DNA of 64,000 bases from Savitreella phatthalungensis. Its lineage: Eukaryota. This document shows, one piece after another, positions 9,480 through 19,887 of the stretch. Position 1 is the stretch's first letter; every line of letters begins with the position of its first letter. The DNA is taken from NCBI GenBank assembly GCA_051599415.1, contig AP039697.1:1-64000 (forward strand), written 5' to 3'. The position numbers and the translations under genes are program-made. A model generated the notes under the pieces. That model ran no database searches. It was not told the origin of the DNA and was given only the letters and a program-made list of their open reading frames with translations.

Positions 9480-11699
9480 ATGGACGTCTCCTCCAGGCAA
9501 GGATTGCTACGAGTGGCTATATTGATCGTCATCTCTCTAGCGGCTATTTCCAGCCGTCTTTTCTCCGTCATCCGATTCGAGAGCATAATCCATGAGTTCG
9601 ATCCCTGGTTCAACTTTCGCGCGACTAAGCACTTTGTCAAACATGGAGCCTATGACTTCATGAACTGGTTCGATGAGCGTTCGTGGTACCCGCTCGGAAG
9701 AGTCGCAGGCGGTACCCTATACCCGGGACTGATGTTCACATCTGGAGCTATTCATTGGGTTCTTGAGCTCATCAATTATCCAGTAGATATTCGCAACATC
9801 TGCGTCCTCCTAGCCCCCGGATTTTCTGCCTTGACGGCGATCGCCACATATCTCTTTACTTCAGAGATGAAGGATCGATCGGCCGGCTTATTGGCAGCCG
9901 CGTTCATCGGAATTGCACCTGGCTATATCTCTCGCTCCGTTGCAGGCTCCTACGACAATGAAGCAATCGCAATTACGCTTCTAATGACAACCTTTTACCT
10001 GTGGATCAAGGCTCTGAAGCTCGGCAGCGCCCTATGGGGCTGCATGACGGCTCTGTTCTATTTCTACATGGTCGCCGCGTGGGGAGGTTACGTCTTCATC
10101 ACGAACATGATTCCGTTACATGCATTTGTGCTTCTCCTGATGGGACGTTTCTCTTCTCGGCTGTACATCGCCTACTCATCTTACTATGCCCTCGGAACTC
10201 TCTTGTCGATGCAGGTTCCATTTGTCGGCTTTCAGCCTGTGCGGACCAGCGAACATATGTCCGCCCTTGGTATCTTCGGCTTGTTGCAGATAGTGGCCTT
10301 TGTTGGCCTGTTGCGCGGCTATCTGCCTGATCGGAAATTTCAGTCGCTTCTGCGTGTCCTCGTCCTCGTCATCTTCCTCGCCGCTGTCGGTGGTCTCGTG
10401 GGCCTGACCATGACAGGCACCATCGCACCGTGGACCGGTCGCTTCTACTCGCTATGGGATACAGGCTATGCAAAGGTACACATCCCCATCATTGCATCGG
10501 TGTCCGAACACCAGCCCACAGCATGGCCATCATTCTTCTTTGACTTGCAGATGCTGATTTGGTTGTTCCCAGCAGGCGTCTACATCTGCTTCCGCGAACT
10601 CAGGGACGAGCACGTTTTCGTGATCGTTTACGCGGTCCTTGCGTCATACTTCGCCGGAGTGATGGTCCGTTTGATGCTGACCCTTACACCGTGCGTTGTT
10701 GTCTCTGCAGCTGTCGCGAGTTCCTCCCTACTCGACAACTTCTTAGATTTCCGCAGGGATTACGAGACCGAAGACGACACTGCTTCCGAAAGCGGGCCCG
10801 CAACATTCCGTTCTCTACGCGCCCTGGCCGGTCAGCTACCCAATTATGGCGTCAGATCTCTGCCAGCTAAAGTTGGCACCTCTGGAGTCTTCCTCCTGTA
10901 TCTCGTACTCTTCGTGTACCACTGCACATGGGTTACCTCGAACGCATACTCATCGCCCTCAGTGGTACTTGCGTCCCGCATGGCTGACGGCAGCCAGTAT
11001 ATCATTGATGATTATCGTGAGGCTTACTACTGGCTACGCAAGAATACTGCAGACGACGCCCGAGTCATGTCCTGGTGGGACTATGGATACCAGATCGCCG
11101 GAATGGGTGACAAGGTTACTCTCGTCGACAACAACACTTGGAACAACACGCATATTGCGACCGTCGGAAAGGCTATGAGCACGCGTGAGGAGGTAGCATA
11201 CCCCATACTGCGAAAGCACGACGTGGACTACGTGCTTGTTGTATTTGGCGGCCTGCTCGGCTATAGCGGCGACGACATGAACAAGTTTTTGTGGATGGTT
11301 CGGATTGCGGAGGGTATTTGGCCTGACGAGGTCCGTGAGCGCGACTTTTTCACACCGCGCGGTGAGTATCGAGTCGATGGCGATGCTACCGACACAATGA
11401 AGAATTCCCTGATGTATAAGATGTCCTACAAGGGATTTTCCTCCATTTTCCCGCCCGGTCAGGCGCAAGACAGGGTTCGTGGACAGCAGATGCCAACGGT
11501 CGGGCCTGAACTCGACTCTCTGGAGGAGGCATTTACGACGGAAAATTGGATCGTGCGGATCTACAAAGTGAAACAGCCCGACAATCTGGGCCGCACACAT
11601 CAACAAGCGACAAGGTTCGCCGGGGGCAAGACGGCCAAGAAACGCATAAGCCGGCACAAAGGGCGCGCCGCACTCCAGCAAGCACGAGCACATGCATAG
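9480..11699 (+). CDS. STT3: Oligosaccharyltransferase catalytic subunit Stt3
   Basis: [44 protein letters not shown] motifs. Confidence 0.98.
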   Translation: MDVSSRQGLLRVAILIVISLAAISSRLFSVIRFESIIHEFDPWFNFRATKHFVKHGAYDFMNWFDERSWYPLGRVAGGTLYPGLMFTSGAIHWVLELINYPVDIRNICVLLAPGFSALTAIATYLFTSEMKDRSAGLLAAAFIGIAPGYISRSVAGSYDNEAIAITLLMTTFYLWIKALKLGSALWGCMTALFYFYMVAAWGGYVFITNMIPLHAFVLLLMGRFSSRLYIAYSSYYALGTLLSMQVPFVGFQPVRTSEHMSALGIFGLLQIVAFVGLLRGYLPDRKFQSLLRVLVLVIFLAAVGGLVGLTMTGTIAPWTGRFYSLWDTGYAKVHIPIIASVSEHQPTAWPSFFFDLQMLIWLFPAGVYICFRELRDEHVFVIVYAVLASYFAGVMVRLMLTLTPCVVVSAAVASSSLLDNFLDFRRDYETEDDTASESGPATFRSLRALAGQLPNYGVRSLPAKVGTSGVFLLYLVLFVYHCTWVTSNAYSSPSVVLASRMADGSQYIIDDYREAYYWLRKNTADDARVMSWWDYGYQIAGMGDKVTLVDNNTWNNTHIATVGKAMSTREEVAYPILRKHDVDYVLVVFGGLLGYSGDDMNKFLWMVRIAEGIWPDEVRERDFFTPRGEYRVDGDATDTMKNSLMYKMSYKGFSSIFPPGQAQDRVRGQQMPTVGPELDSLEEAFTTENWIVRIYKVKQPDNLGRTHQQATRFAGGKTAKKRISRHKGRAALQQARAHA

Positions 11700-11745
11700 G
11701 TCGAACACAATAGAGTCATAAATAAGTCGTCTCTCAATAGAGTGC

Positions 11746-12449
11746 CTAGTACAGACGGAAAGGCTTGCCCATCGTCGTCTTGATGACGAGAGACGACATG
11801 CACTGCCAACCCTTCTTAAGAAGGGAGACGAGGAAGTTGACGGCGAGCATGATGTTGCCCACAAGCTCGTCGGCTGAGAAATCAACGTTGCCGATAGCGA
11901 CGGCCATGCACAGCACCTTCTTGAGCTGGAACTTGATCGTGCTGCGAACCTCGAGTAGCTTGCCGTTGAGGTCGTCAGAGTGGGAGACAGATGAGGGGAA
12001 TTTGCCAGCCTTGGACAATCCCGGGCCGAGGAGACGTGGAATTTGACGAATGAGCACCTCAGATGCGACGAAGGCGTCGTACTTTTTTGCGAGCTTCTGT
12101 AGAGGGGGTCAGTATGATGAGTGCAAACGCTTCCTATGGAGCTCCTCACCTTGACAAGCTTCTTGTTCTTGTTGAGCTTCTTCAGGTCCTCGACGGACAT
12201 AGCATCATTGCCGATGTGCTTTGCCCGATCGATATCGTGAGCATCACCCAGGATGCAAATGGACATCTGCGGACGGGGTGTCTTTGGCATGCGCACAGTG
12301 CCAGAGAAACGCTTGTCGCGCTGTGGGTCGTAATTCTTCAGGCCGATCTGGAGCTCGACGGTCTCGGTGAAGTTGCGCTTCTTCGCAGCCGACGCATCGA
12401 GTAGCTGCTGAACGCTCTCGCGCACAGACGCCACGGAGATCTTCGACAT
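11746..12449 (-). CDS. RPL1: 60S ribosomal protein uL1 (L1/L10a); exons 12449-12150 and 12096-11746, 53-nt intron 12097-12149
   Basis: [33 protein letters not shown]...CTGAC...CAG intron restores [27 protein letters not shown]. Confidence 0.97.
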
Positions 12450-12625
12450 GATAGTGTATCTTATGTATGAATAGACAATCTGATCTTGTTCTACTATGTA
12501 ACCCGTCCAGACCGAGAGAGGCCTATCCTCGTTAGGTTTTCTTGTCTCGTGATGATCGTTTCTCACGCTTCGATGGCCTAGGTTTCCAAACATATACATT
12601 CGTCAAAAAATAATTTACAGTGGCG

Positions 12626-14318
12626 TTAATGTGGCATTGCGGCTCGTGCATTGGCGAATTGTTCGCCCAGGGCTGGCAGGAATTTGTGCTGTCCACCCCG
12701 AAGGCGACCCAAAAGCTCGAGATAACCAAGCACAATCTGGTTGCAACGTTCTGGCTCCCTCGTTCCTACAGACATGCACAATGTAACAGTCGTGACGATG
12801 TCGTAAAGCCGCTCAATCTGCGAAGAATTAGTTCTTGGTCTCAGGAATCAGGGTGATCAGGGGGCATCGTACCATACCGAGACCATGCGTCTCGAGGTCT
12901 CCGAGCTTGAACCGGAGGCAACGTTGTAAAGTCGTCTCGGCTAGCTGCAGTGCATAGTCAATCCGAAGCCTAGGATCTGGTGATATGTCGTCGAGTAAGC
13001 CATGACTCAGGCAGATTGACCAGATGCGATTGTGCAGCCATTGTTGAAGAACATAGATGTCTGCGTGCTGACTGGATTCGAGCGATACGTTGCTGCTGTT
13101 ACCAATTTGCGATACGCGCTCGATCAAGGCCGTCTCAAGCGATTGCATATCGTCTGTGCCTCGCGTGGCCACCGCGATGCGATCATGTATATGACTGATT
13201 CGTCCCTGGTCAAACCTGCCGCAACCCTCGGCCTTGTCACCGGTGAATGTGGCACAAGTAGCGCTCCAGCACTCTATGACCTCATCGTCTATGCAATCGA
13301 GCAGTTTGACGAGTTGCAAAAGACCCAACAACGCGACCGCACCCTTCGAATCGTGGATGAATGCCTCTGAGGCATTGTGGAGCACTGCCTGGCGGACAAG
13401 CTCGTAGACGAGCTGAATATTTCGAACGAGAACGCCTCGAAGAGCGACCTGACGATATCGCTGAATAGCATAGCCGCGTTCCGTGACACAAAGAATGAGG
13501 AACGTTCGCAAACGGAGCTCACACTCTAGCGGAGGTAGCGTAGCGTAGGTCTCCGGTCGGTCAAGGCCTAAGATGCATGCCAAGCAGAGTGCTTCTCGAA
13601 GTCGCAGCCAGCCGGCATTGTCGAGGCCGAGTCCGAACAGGCTGCCAAACATAAAGAAGCTGGTCAGCACGGCCTCAAGGCCAATGTTCTCGCCATACTC
13701 GCCAGATGCTCGCATTCGCGCCGCAGCATTGAGCATCTCTCTCCCGCGGTCTAGGCGCCGGGCTAGACTGATCCTCTCCACAGTCTGAACGGGTTGTATA
13801 AGCGTAAATGCACAAAGCGCGAGAATTAAAGCGGCGAAGTCTCTCTCGCGATAGTGTCGCCGACGGGTGATGTCGCGAAATAGAGTTGGTCGGTCAAGCA
13901 GCGGTAGAGTCGGATGTAAGCGCTCGAAGAATACGTCGATGAGCTGAAACATCTCGGTCTCGTCCAGATCAGACGGCCAGGGATGCGCGGCAATAGATTC
14001 GCTATGCGTCTCTCCTTGAGAACCGCTCTCAAGAGAATCCGCTCGTGTTGGCTGCTGTTGCTGTAGATGGTCGTCGAGTGGGACAACCATTGTCTGTGTT
14101 GTCGGGGCACTTCGCAGGGCATCTACGCGTTTGCCGCCACGAGATCTCTTCTTCTTTGGTGCGACGTCGAAGGAGCAAGAGAATCGCATCTCGAGGCAAG
14201 TCGCGCACGGATGATTTCCGTCGCATTTCGTCTTGCGAAATTGACACTGATCGCATGCGCGTGCGACCTTCGGTGATCTGATCGGCCCGTTCGCAGCTCC
14301 TTCTTCTCCATAGCCCAT
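12626..14318 (-). CDS. Zn(II)2Cys6 transcription factor, Suc1/MAL/AmyR-like; intron 12818-12872
   Basis: ACDQCQFRKTKCDGNHPCATC...C; fungal TF middle region; GTACGA...CTAAT...CAG intron joins HGLGM to IERLYDIV, stop at 12626-12628. Confidence 0.88.
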
Positions 14319-14588
14319 GACTGTGGAGAGCGGAGCTGAGCCTGCAAGCAAGCAAGAGGTACCTATACCTTTGCCTTTGCCTGCCCGTGTGTTTGAGCTT
14401 ATCGGGTGCCCGTCAAGTTGGCGATGAGGATCGACCCGCACGTCAATTTTGCGTCGAGCGCATCCGCTGACGTCCCGGAGCAACTACAGAGAGCCGCTAT
14501 ACTTTTAAAAGCCGAAATTTCATCTGGGCTAGGCTCATGCAGCAGCGTCAGCATCGATGTGATTGGACGAAAAAGGTCTAACGCTGAA

Positions 14589-16175
14589 TTAGGCTATATC
14601 GAGCTCGAAGACGGAGCCATCTACAAGAAGACCTGTGACGTCGATACGCTCGATGCGCCCGCCCGCTGCCGGATAGATTCGTGTTGTGATAGCGGTACGC
14701 CCATTTGCGAAAAGCTCAAGGACCGAGTTGTCGAGTATGAGTCTTAGATCGAGAGTCTCATCCGCGCTGTCTTTGCGAGCAAAGACAGCGTGCGATGCTA
14801 CCTCTCGCTCGCTTGCAATATCCGAGTATGCCATGGCATGTGAGCGCTCGATGACGAGCTCAGATCTTGCGGGATCATAGACGACGTCTGTGTACTCCGA
14901 GGTCGAATGATGCAACCGCAGACCGATGGTCTGTGCATCAGCTTCTACTTTCAAACGCGCCAGGACTTCGACTAGAGAGCCGGAGTCGGGCGACATGAAA
15001 TCAAGTGATCTTCGACGTGCTCTCTCGAGATTCTCATGTGGTACAGCAGCCAATGTCCGTAGCGTATATGTATCGAGCTTCATATCTTTGTCCAACCACA
15101 TCCAATCGACATCGTCCGGATTGGCCAGGCCCGGGATGATGTTTGACACCTCCACAAGCCTCAGCACACGAGGAATGCTTAAGCAACCTGCCCATCCCTG
15201 CTTACCTCGGCGAGGTTCCGGCAAATCGCGCTCCAATACCCAGCCGAACAAGACATGATCGCCGTTGCTATCAGTCAACAGGTTGCCTGCGTAGAACAGT
15301 CCCCAGTCGAGGCAGCCCCCGTGGTTGGACAGCTTGAATGTATCTTCCTCAATGGCGATCCACATCTGACGATGTTCGAGTCTGCATGTTGAAATACCTG
15401 CGGGCTCGCGGCCACCTTCGACTCCGGTGATCAGGGCGTTCAGTCCTGACAGAGAGACGAAATTCGTCACTTCCCAGTTCGCTCCAAAATCCGGCAGCTT
15501 ATCGGAAAGACTCCACCACATGCGGGGTGCTTGTACGACTCTGAGGAATCTCCATCCATCGTCAACGTCATATAGAAATGCTGCAGGTCCATTGTCGACA
15601 ATGCTGCCGGCTAGCAGCCCATACATACCTGTCCCAACCTCGCGTCCGAGATGAAGATCAAACGCCGGCCATGAGCTCACGAATGGATCTCGCCAACCTC
15701 TGACATCAAGGCCATCAGGCGGGCCTGTGAGGACAGGATTGCGTTCGTCGCGTTGCCACGATCGAGCACCGTCTGTACTCGTGGCTCGATGCAGCTTTTC
15801 TGACCCTCGCTTGTATTCTCGGGTCCAATGAATCGGAAAGTCCTGAGCAGATGTATAATAGGCGATGAGCTGGTTCTTCTCTTTGATCGGTGGTACGATG
15901 CAACCGGTGAAGACGCCGCAAACATCCTGTGCGTTCGACGGCTCGATCGAGGGGGAATCCGAAACCGTCCAGCGAATTAGGTCCTTCGATGTTGCATGTC
16001 CCCAGCTCATATTTCCCCAAACATGGCTATGAGGATTCCACTGGAAAGAGACGGTATATTGCTCGCGCCGTTCATCCCATGCAAGTCCGCATGGGTCATT
16101 GAGCCATCCGCGCTTGGGCATTATATGCATTCGAGGTCGCCATTGCAGGCGGTCCTCGTCGCCGTCCTGTTTCAT
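14589..16175 (-). CDS. GH32 beta-fructofuranosidase/invertase, intracellular type (no signal peptide)
   Basis: WLNDPCG, WGHATSKDL, VFTGC, WRDPF, NWEV, SVLELFANG; start uncertain. Confidence 0.9.
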   Translation of the reverse strand: MKQDGDEDRLQWRPRMHIMPKRGWLNDPCGLAWDERREQYTVSFQWNPHSHVWGNMSWGHATSKDLIRWTVSDSPSIEPSNAQDVCGVFTGCIVPPIKEKNQLIAYYTSAQDFPIHWTREYKRGSEKLHRATSTDGARSWQRDERNPVLTGPPDGLDVRGWRDPFVSSWPAFDLHLGREVGTGMYGLLAGSIVDNGPAAFLYDVDDGWRFLRVVQAPRMWWSLSDKLPDFGANWEVTNFVSLSGLNALITGVEGGREPAGISTCRLEHRQMWIAIEEDTFKLSNHGGCLDWGLFYAGNLLTDSNGDHVLFGWVLERDLPEPRRGKQGWAGCLSIPRVLRLVEVSNIIPGLANPDDVDWMWLDKDMKLDTYTLRTLAAVPHENLERARRRSLDFMSPDSGSLVEVLARLKVEADAQTIGLRLHHSTSEYTDVVYDPARSELVIERSHAMAYSDIASEREVASHAVFARKDSADETLDLRLILDNSVLELFANGRTAITTRIYPAAGGRIERIDVTGLLVDGSVFELDIA

Positions 16176-16300
16176 GCGGTCAGGAAGTGATATTGCGCCG
16201 GTTCGTGTCTCGTTTTTCACTTGAACATATGACGCGGCTAAGCATAAAGATATCTCGCTAGGTATCCATGTATACTGTACAAGGTTCCTGGTGACTCAGA

Positions 16301-16342
16301 ACCCCACAACGGGGTAGCCAATGAATTTCTATTCGGCCCGAA
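16301..16342. promoter_or_regulatory. Candidate CreA/Mig1 site (CCCCAC) and inverted CGG-N-CCG Zn2Cys6 site in divergent GH32/transporter promoter
   Basis: ACCCCACAACGGGGT at 16301-16315 and TTCGGCCCGAA at 16332-16342; short motifs supported only by context. Confidence 0.35.
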
Positions 16343-16446
16343 CGTACTAAACCGTATCTGGCAAATATGTCAGACATGAGGTGACGCCTGCCTGACCTGG
16401 ACAAGAGAACGCTCTTCATCAGGTGGGTACATGATATTGGCTTCAG

Positions 16447-18012
16447 ATGTCCCAGCTAGGCAAGGGAACGTATCTAGACTCTGTTGAGCTCAAGATCACT
16501 CCTGTGCGTCGTGAAAGCTATGTTCGAAAAGGCGATGCGCAGACACGAGGCGTACCATGGACGCCGATGCTTGTGCTTGCCTGGTGCACCTTTGCAGCCT
16601 CGCAATTCGGCTACGGGTATGATGACAAAGTGATTTCACCGATTGCTGCGATTCCACAATTCGTGGAGCGATATCAAGGCCGAGATCGTGCTACTGGAGA
16701 GCTCGTCCTTTCTGCTCGACATCAGAATCTTGTTTTCTCTCTACCGCTCGTAGGCGCAATCATCGGCGCCATCATGACGACGCCCTTGAACAAAAAATTC
16801 GGCCGCCGTATTCCACTTGCTGCTAGCTACATATTCTCGCTTGGCGGCGGTTTCTTGCAGCTTTTTGCGCCAAATCTGGCTGCCTTTGTCTGCGGACGAT
16901 TCCTGAACGCGATAATCATGGGCATTGCCATGGCTACTGCACCGCTTTATCTCAGTGAGATTGTGCCACCTGCATATCGTGGAGCCGCGGTCACAACGAC
17001 GAACATATTCAACCTCGTCTCAGGCGTGGTGGCTACTGTGATCGCAAACGCGACCCACGCTAGGACAGGCTCATCGTCGTACAGAATACCACTCGCAGTT
17101 CAATGCTGCATTCCTGTGGTTCTCGTACCGCTCACATTGATCATACCGGAATCTCCTCAGTGGCTCGTTGCACATGGTCGATGGGACGAGGCACGGCGAA
17201 ATCTGCTCAAGCTACGTGCTTTTGGTGACATCGAGGAGGAGCTGCGGCTGATGCATCTTGTTGAAGACCATGAGCGCAAGTCTGATGTACAATTCAGCGA
17301 TCTCTTCAGTCGAAAAAACATACGTCGAACGATTACCGCAGGAGTCCTCTACTCCGCTAACCAAGTCTCCGGGATTATTCTTTCGACTACATATGCAACA
17401 ATATTCTTGACACAGCTGGGCGTTGCGGACCCTTTCGGTCTGACCATCGCCGCATCGTGCTCAGTCCTTGCTGGCACGGTGGTCGCGCCGTTCCTGATTG
17501 ATCGTGTTGGTAGAAGACCACTCGCGCTTGCAAGCATGTCAGCATTGTTCTTCATTGACCTGGTCTGCGGAGCGCTCGCTTTTTATACCGACCGGCGAAG
17601 CTATGCTCTGACTATCGCCATCCTGAGCTTCATATTCAATTTTTTCTGGGCGGCCGGGTTTTACTCGCTTTCACTTACCGTGCCCGCCGAGATCGCGACA
17701 CCGAAATTGCGGAGCCTTACAGTTTCATATACTGTCGGCTGGTCATATGTCACAGCTGTCATCACTACACTGGCTGTTCCTCAAATTACAGCTGCCGACG
17801 CGGGCAATCTTGGTAGCAAGGCCTATCTTATTTTCGCAGGCTGCGTTGCATGCGTTATCGTCTTCGTCTACTTTTGTTTACCGGAGACCGCGCGTCGGAC
17901 CTTCGCCGAAATTGACGAGTTGTACGATCGAGGCGTGCCGGCACGGAGGTGGCGTCACGCTCAGACGTCGCCGGAAGCACAAATCTCGAGTGGAGTCAGC
18001 GTGTCGGGATGA
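16447..18012 (+). CDS. MFS sugar porter (maltose/alpha-glucoside/sucrose permease-like)
   Basis: GYGYD, KFGRR, YLSEIVPPAYRG, PESPQWL, DRVGRRP, PET motifs; ~12 hydrophobic segments. Confidence 0.93.
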   Translation: MSQLGKGTYLDSVELKITPVRRESYVRKGDAQTRGVPWTPMLVLAWCTFAASQFGYGYDDKVISPIAAIPQFVERYQGRDRATGELVLSARHQNLVFSLPLVGAIIGAIMTTPLNKKFGRRIPLAASYIFSLGGGFLQLFAPNLAAFVCGRFLNAIIMGIAMATAPLYLSEIVPPAYRGAAVTTTNIFNLVSGVVATVIANATHARTGSSSYRIPLAVQCCIPVVLVPLTLIIPESPQWLVAHGRWDEARRNLLKLRAFGDIEEELRLMHLVEDHERKSDVQFSDLFSRKNIRRTITAGVLYSANQVSGIILSTTYATIFLTQLGVADPFGLTIAASCSVLAGTVVAPFLIDRVGRRPLALASMSALFFIDLVCGALAFYTDRRSYALTIAILSFIFNFFWAAGFYSLSLTVPAEIATPKLRSLTVSYTVGWSYVTAVITTLAVPQITAADAGNLGSKAYLIFAGCVACVIVFVYFCLPETARRTFAEIDELYDRGVPARRWRHAQTSPEAQISSGVSVSG

Positions 18013-18026
18013 GCAAGTAGCTAGCA

Positions 18027-19478
18027 TCATGCGACCAGTAAGAGCCACATGTAGATCGGTGCCACAAGGTTGTCATTCTGACTGCCGAATGCTTCAAGCA
18101 GCGCAGTCAACGTTGTCGCCACCAATAGCTTACTCCACGGCAGAGAATTTGACCAGTCGAAGTACATCGCAATATAGGAGAGCGCAACGACTGCGCCGAG
18201 AAAGGCGAGCGTGCCTTCGACCGTTTTTCGTGTTTCAGGCCAGTGGAGGCGGCCGAACTTCTTGCCAATCACGCTAGCCGCCGCATCGCCCGCGCCAAGA
18301 GTCAGGATGCCAGACAGATTCGCAAAGTGCGGCTGCGTACCAAGCGCGACTCCTGAAAGCCAACACGGCGCAGCGACACCGGCCAGGAGAAAGAGATGAC
18401 TTACGACGATACCGTTCCGATCACGTTCGTCGGTGAAACCACTGAGAAATTTGTGTATCGGAACACCAAGTGGGGGGAGCGCTGTGGCGCGAATTGTTTC
18501 CTCGATGAGAAACAGGGACATGGCGACACCGAGTGCGAAACGTGAGGTATCGAGGTCTCGATTCAATGTCGGTAAGAAAATCAACACGACCAAGACGTGA
18601 AAGAATTTGCGTCTCCTGTCAAGCGCGCGGGCACGTCTCGACGACGTGTTTTCCTCATCGAAGAAGAATGTAGCTTTGCCAGCGGCCTCATCGCCCGAAG
18701 AGCTCGCAAGAGGAGTCGGTGGAGGTGACTGTTGCTGCAGAAGGCGCATGGCAGAATGCGGAAACTTACTAATACCGTCCAGCGGCTTGGAGAAGAGGTA
18801 GACGCAGCAAAGAATGCCTGACGCGGTGATGATAAACCAGTAGCCTAATATGCCGAAGGAGAGCCGCTTGAGCAGAAATGAGATTGGCTCAGTTCCAAGC
18901 TCCAGATGCACAAACGTTCGGACGAACAGGACGGCGGACACGGAAAACAGTACGTAGACCCGAATGGCGATCCACAATTTACGACGTTCGGCGTCGATGG
19001 GTCGGCGTTGAGGCTTGGTTTTGACGATTTTCACATTAGCACGGAGTTGGGAAATGGCCGGCATGAAACAGAGCGGCAAACCGAGAATCAAGGCCGAATT
19101 GAAAAGCTGAGGCCAGCCTCCAGCAGCCACGGCGTAGCCTGCGATGGCTTGGGCGATGAGGGAGCGTTCAATGCGGTTGAACGAGCTCCCCGCAAGCTCC
19201 TGGGCGCAATCTGCCACAGCAGCATAAAGCCAGCCGCTTTCTCCAGCCGCAACCAGGATTGCGTCACCATAGAATTCACGCAGATAGCTGATTGTCGGCA
19301 GTGCGGTGCCTGGGAAACCAAGTCGATCTGATATCAAGCTAGGCAGAAGGACGATATATAGGAAAGCCGTCCATCTCGCACGGCTATGTAGGATAGAGAT
19401 CAAGACCGGCAAAGATGGTTTCGAGTCCGTAACCGCGAGAAGGCTCAGCAGCAGCCCAGTCTCAACAGCATGTCGCAT
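18027..19478 (-). CDS. SEC59: Dolichol kinase
   Basis: DRRRKFFH, FTDERD, SHLFLLAG, GILTLGAGDAAASVIGKKFG, KTVEGT, QNDNL; start uncertain. Confidence 0.9.
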   Translation of the reverse strand: MRHAVETGLLLSLLAVTDSKPSLPVLISILHSRARWTAFLYIVLLPSLISDRLGFPGTALPTISYLREFYGDAILVAAGESGWLYAAVADCAQELAGSSFNRIERSLIAQAIAGYAVAAGGWPQLFNSALILGLPLCFMPAISQLRANVKIVKTKPQRRPIDAERRKLWIAIRVYVLFSVSAVLFVRTFVHLELGTEPISFLLKRLSFGILGYWFIITASGILCCVYLFSKPLDGISKFPHSAMRLLQQQSPPPTPLASSSGDEAAGKATFFFDEENTSSRRARALDRRRKFFHVLVVLIFLPTLNRDLDTSRFALGVAMSLFLIEETIRATALPPLGVPIHKFLSGFTDERDRNGIVVSHLFLLAGVAAPCWLSGVALGTQPHFANLSGILTLGAGDAAASVIGKKFGRLHWPETRKTVEGTLAFLGAVVALSYIAMYFDWSNSLPWSKLLVATTLTALLEAFGSQNDNLVAPIYMWLLLVA

Positions 19479-19766
19479 ATGAGCATGGGAAAAGCGTTTG
19501 GCTCTGCTGCCGCGGAAGTCCTGTAGCTGAATACTGCCAGCAACAGTGCCAGCTTGCTGTGACGCGCGCACTCATCCTGGTTCCACACATCAGCTGGGAA
19601 TGTTAGCTAAATGCAGGGCGCTACCGATATCGGTCGCAATTAATTTATGAAATAAGGTCGAAAGGATTTATGATATTTTGTGAGATGTGCGTATACAAAC
19701 TGTTTGAAGGAAAATGATCGATCAATTGTATTTGAACGTGAAGCTCGAACATATATTGGGCAGTCC

Positions 19767-19887
19767 TGGAAGACTGGTCACACTGAGGAAAGGATGATCA
19801 TAAGATACGGGAGTGGGGGTGGATTTATACTTCCACCCCCGGACTAAACGAAAGTGTGGCTGTGCCCATGATCATGCTCACGTAGCA
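19767..19887 (-). repeat. 3' LTR (121 bp)
   Basis: Base-for-base identical to 25641-25761 by manual comparison. Confidence 0.95.

Noticed and set aside
11034..12599. 521-aa minus-strand ORF
   Set aside because: Chimera of RPL1 exon 1, read-through of its intron, and sequence antisense to STT3
19776..19862. Hammerhead-like words CTGAGGA and CGAAA in the LTR
   Set aside because: Stems do not fit hammerhead topology: the CUGA overlaps the strand pairing 3' of GAAA, the cleavage triplet would be CUG, and it is antisense to the element; an Infernal scan would settle it
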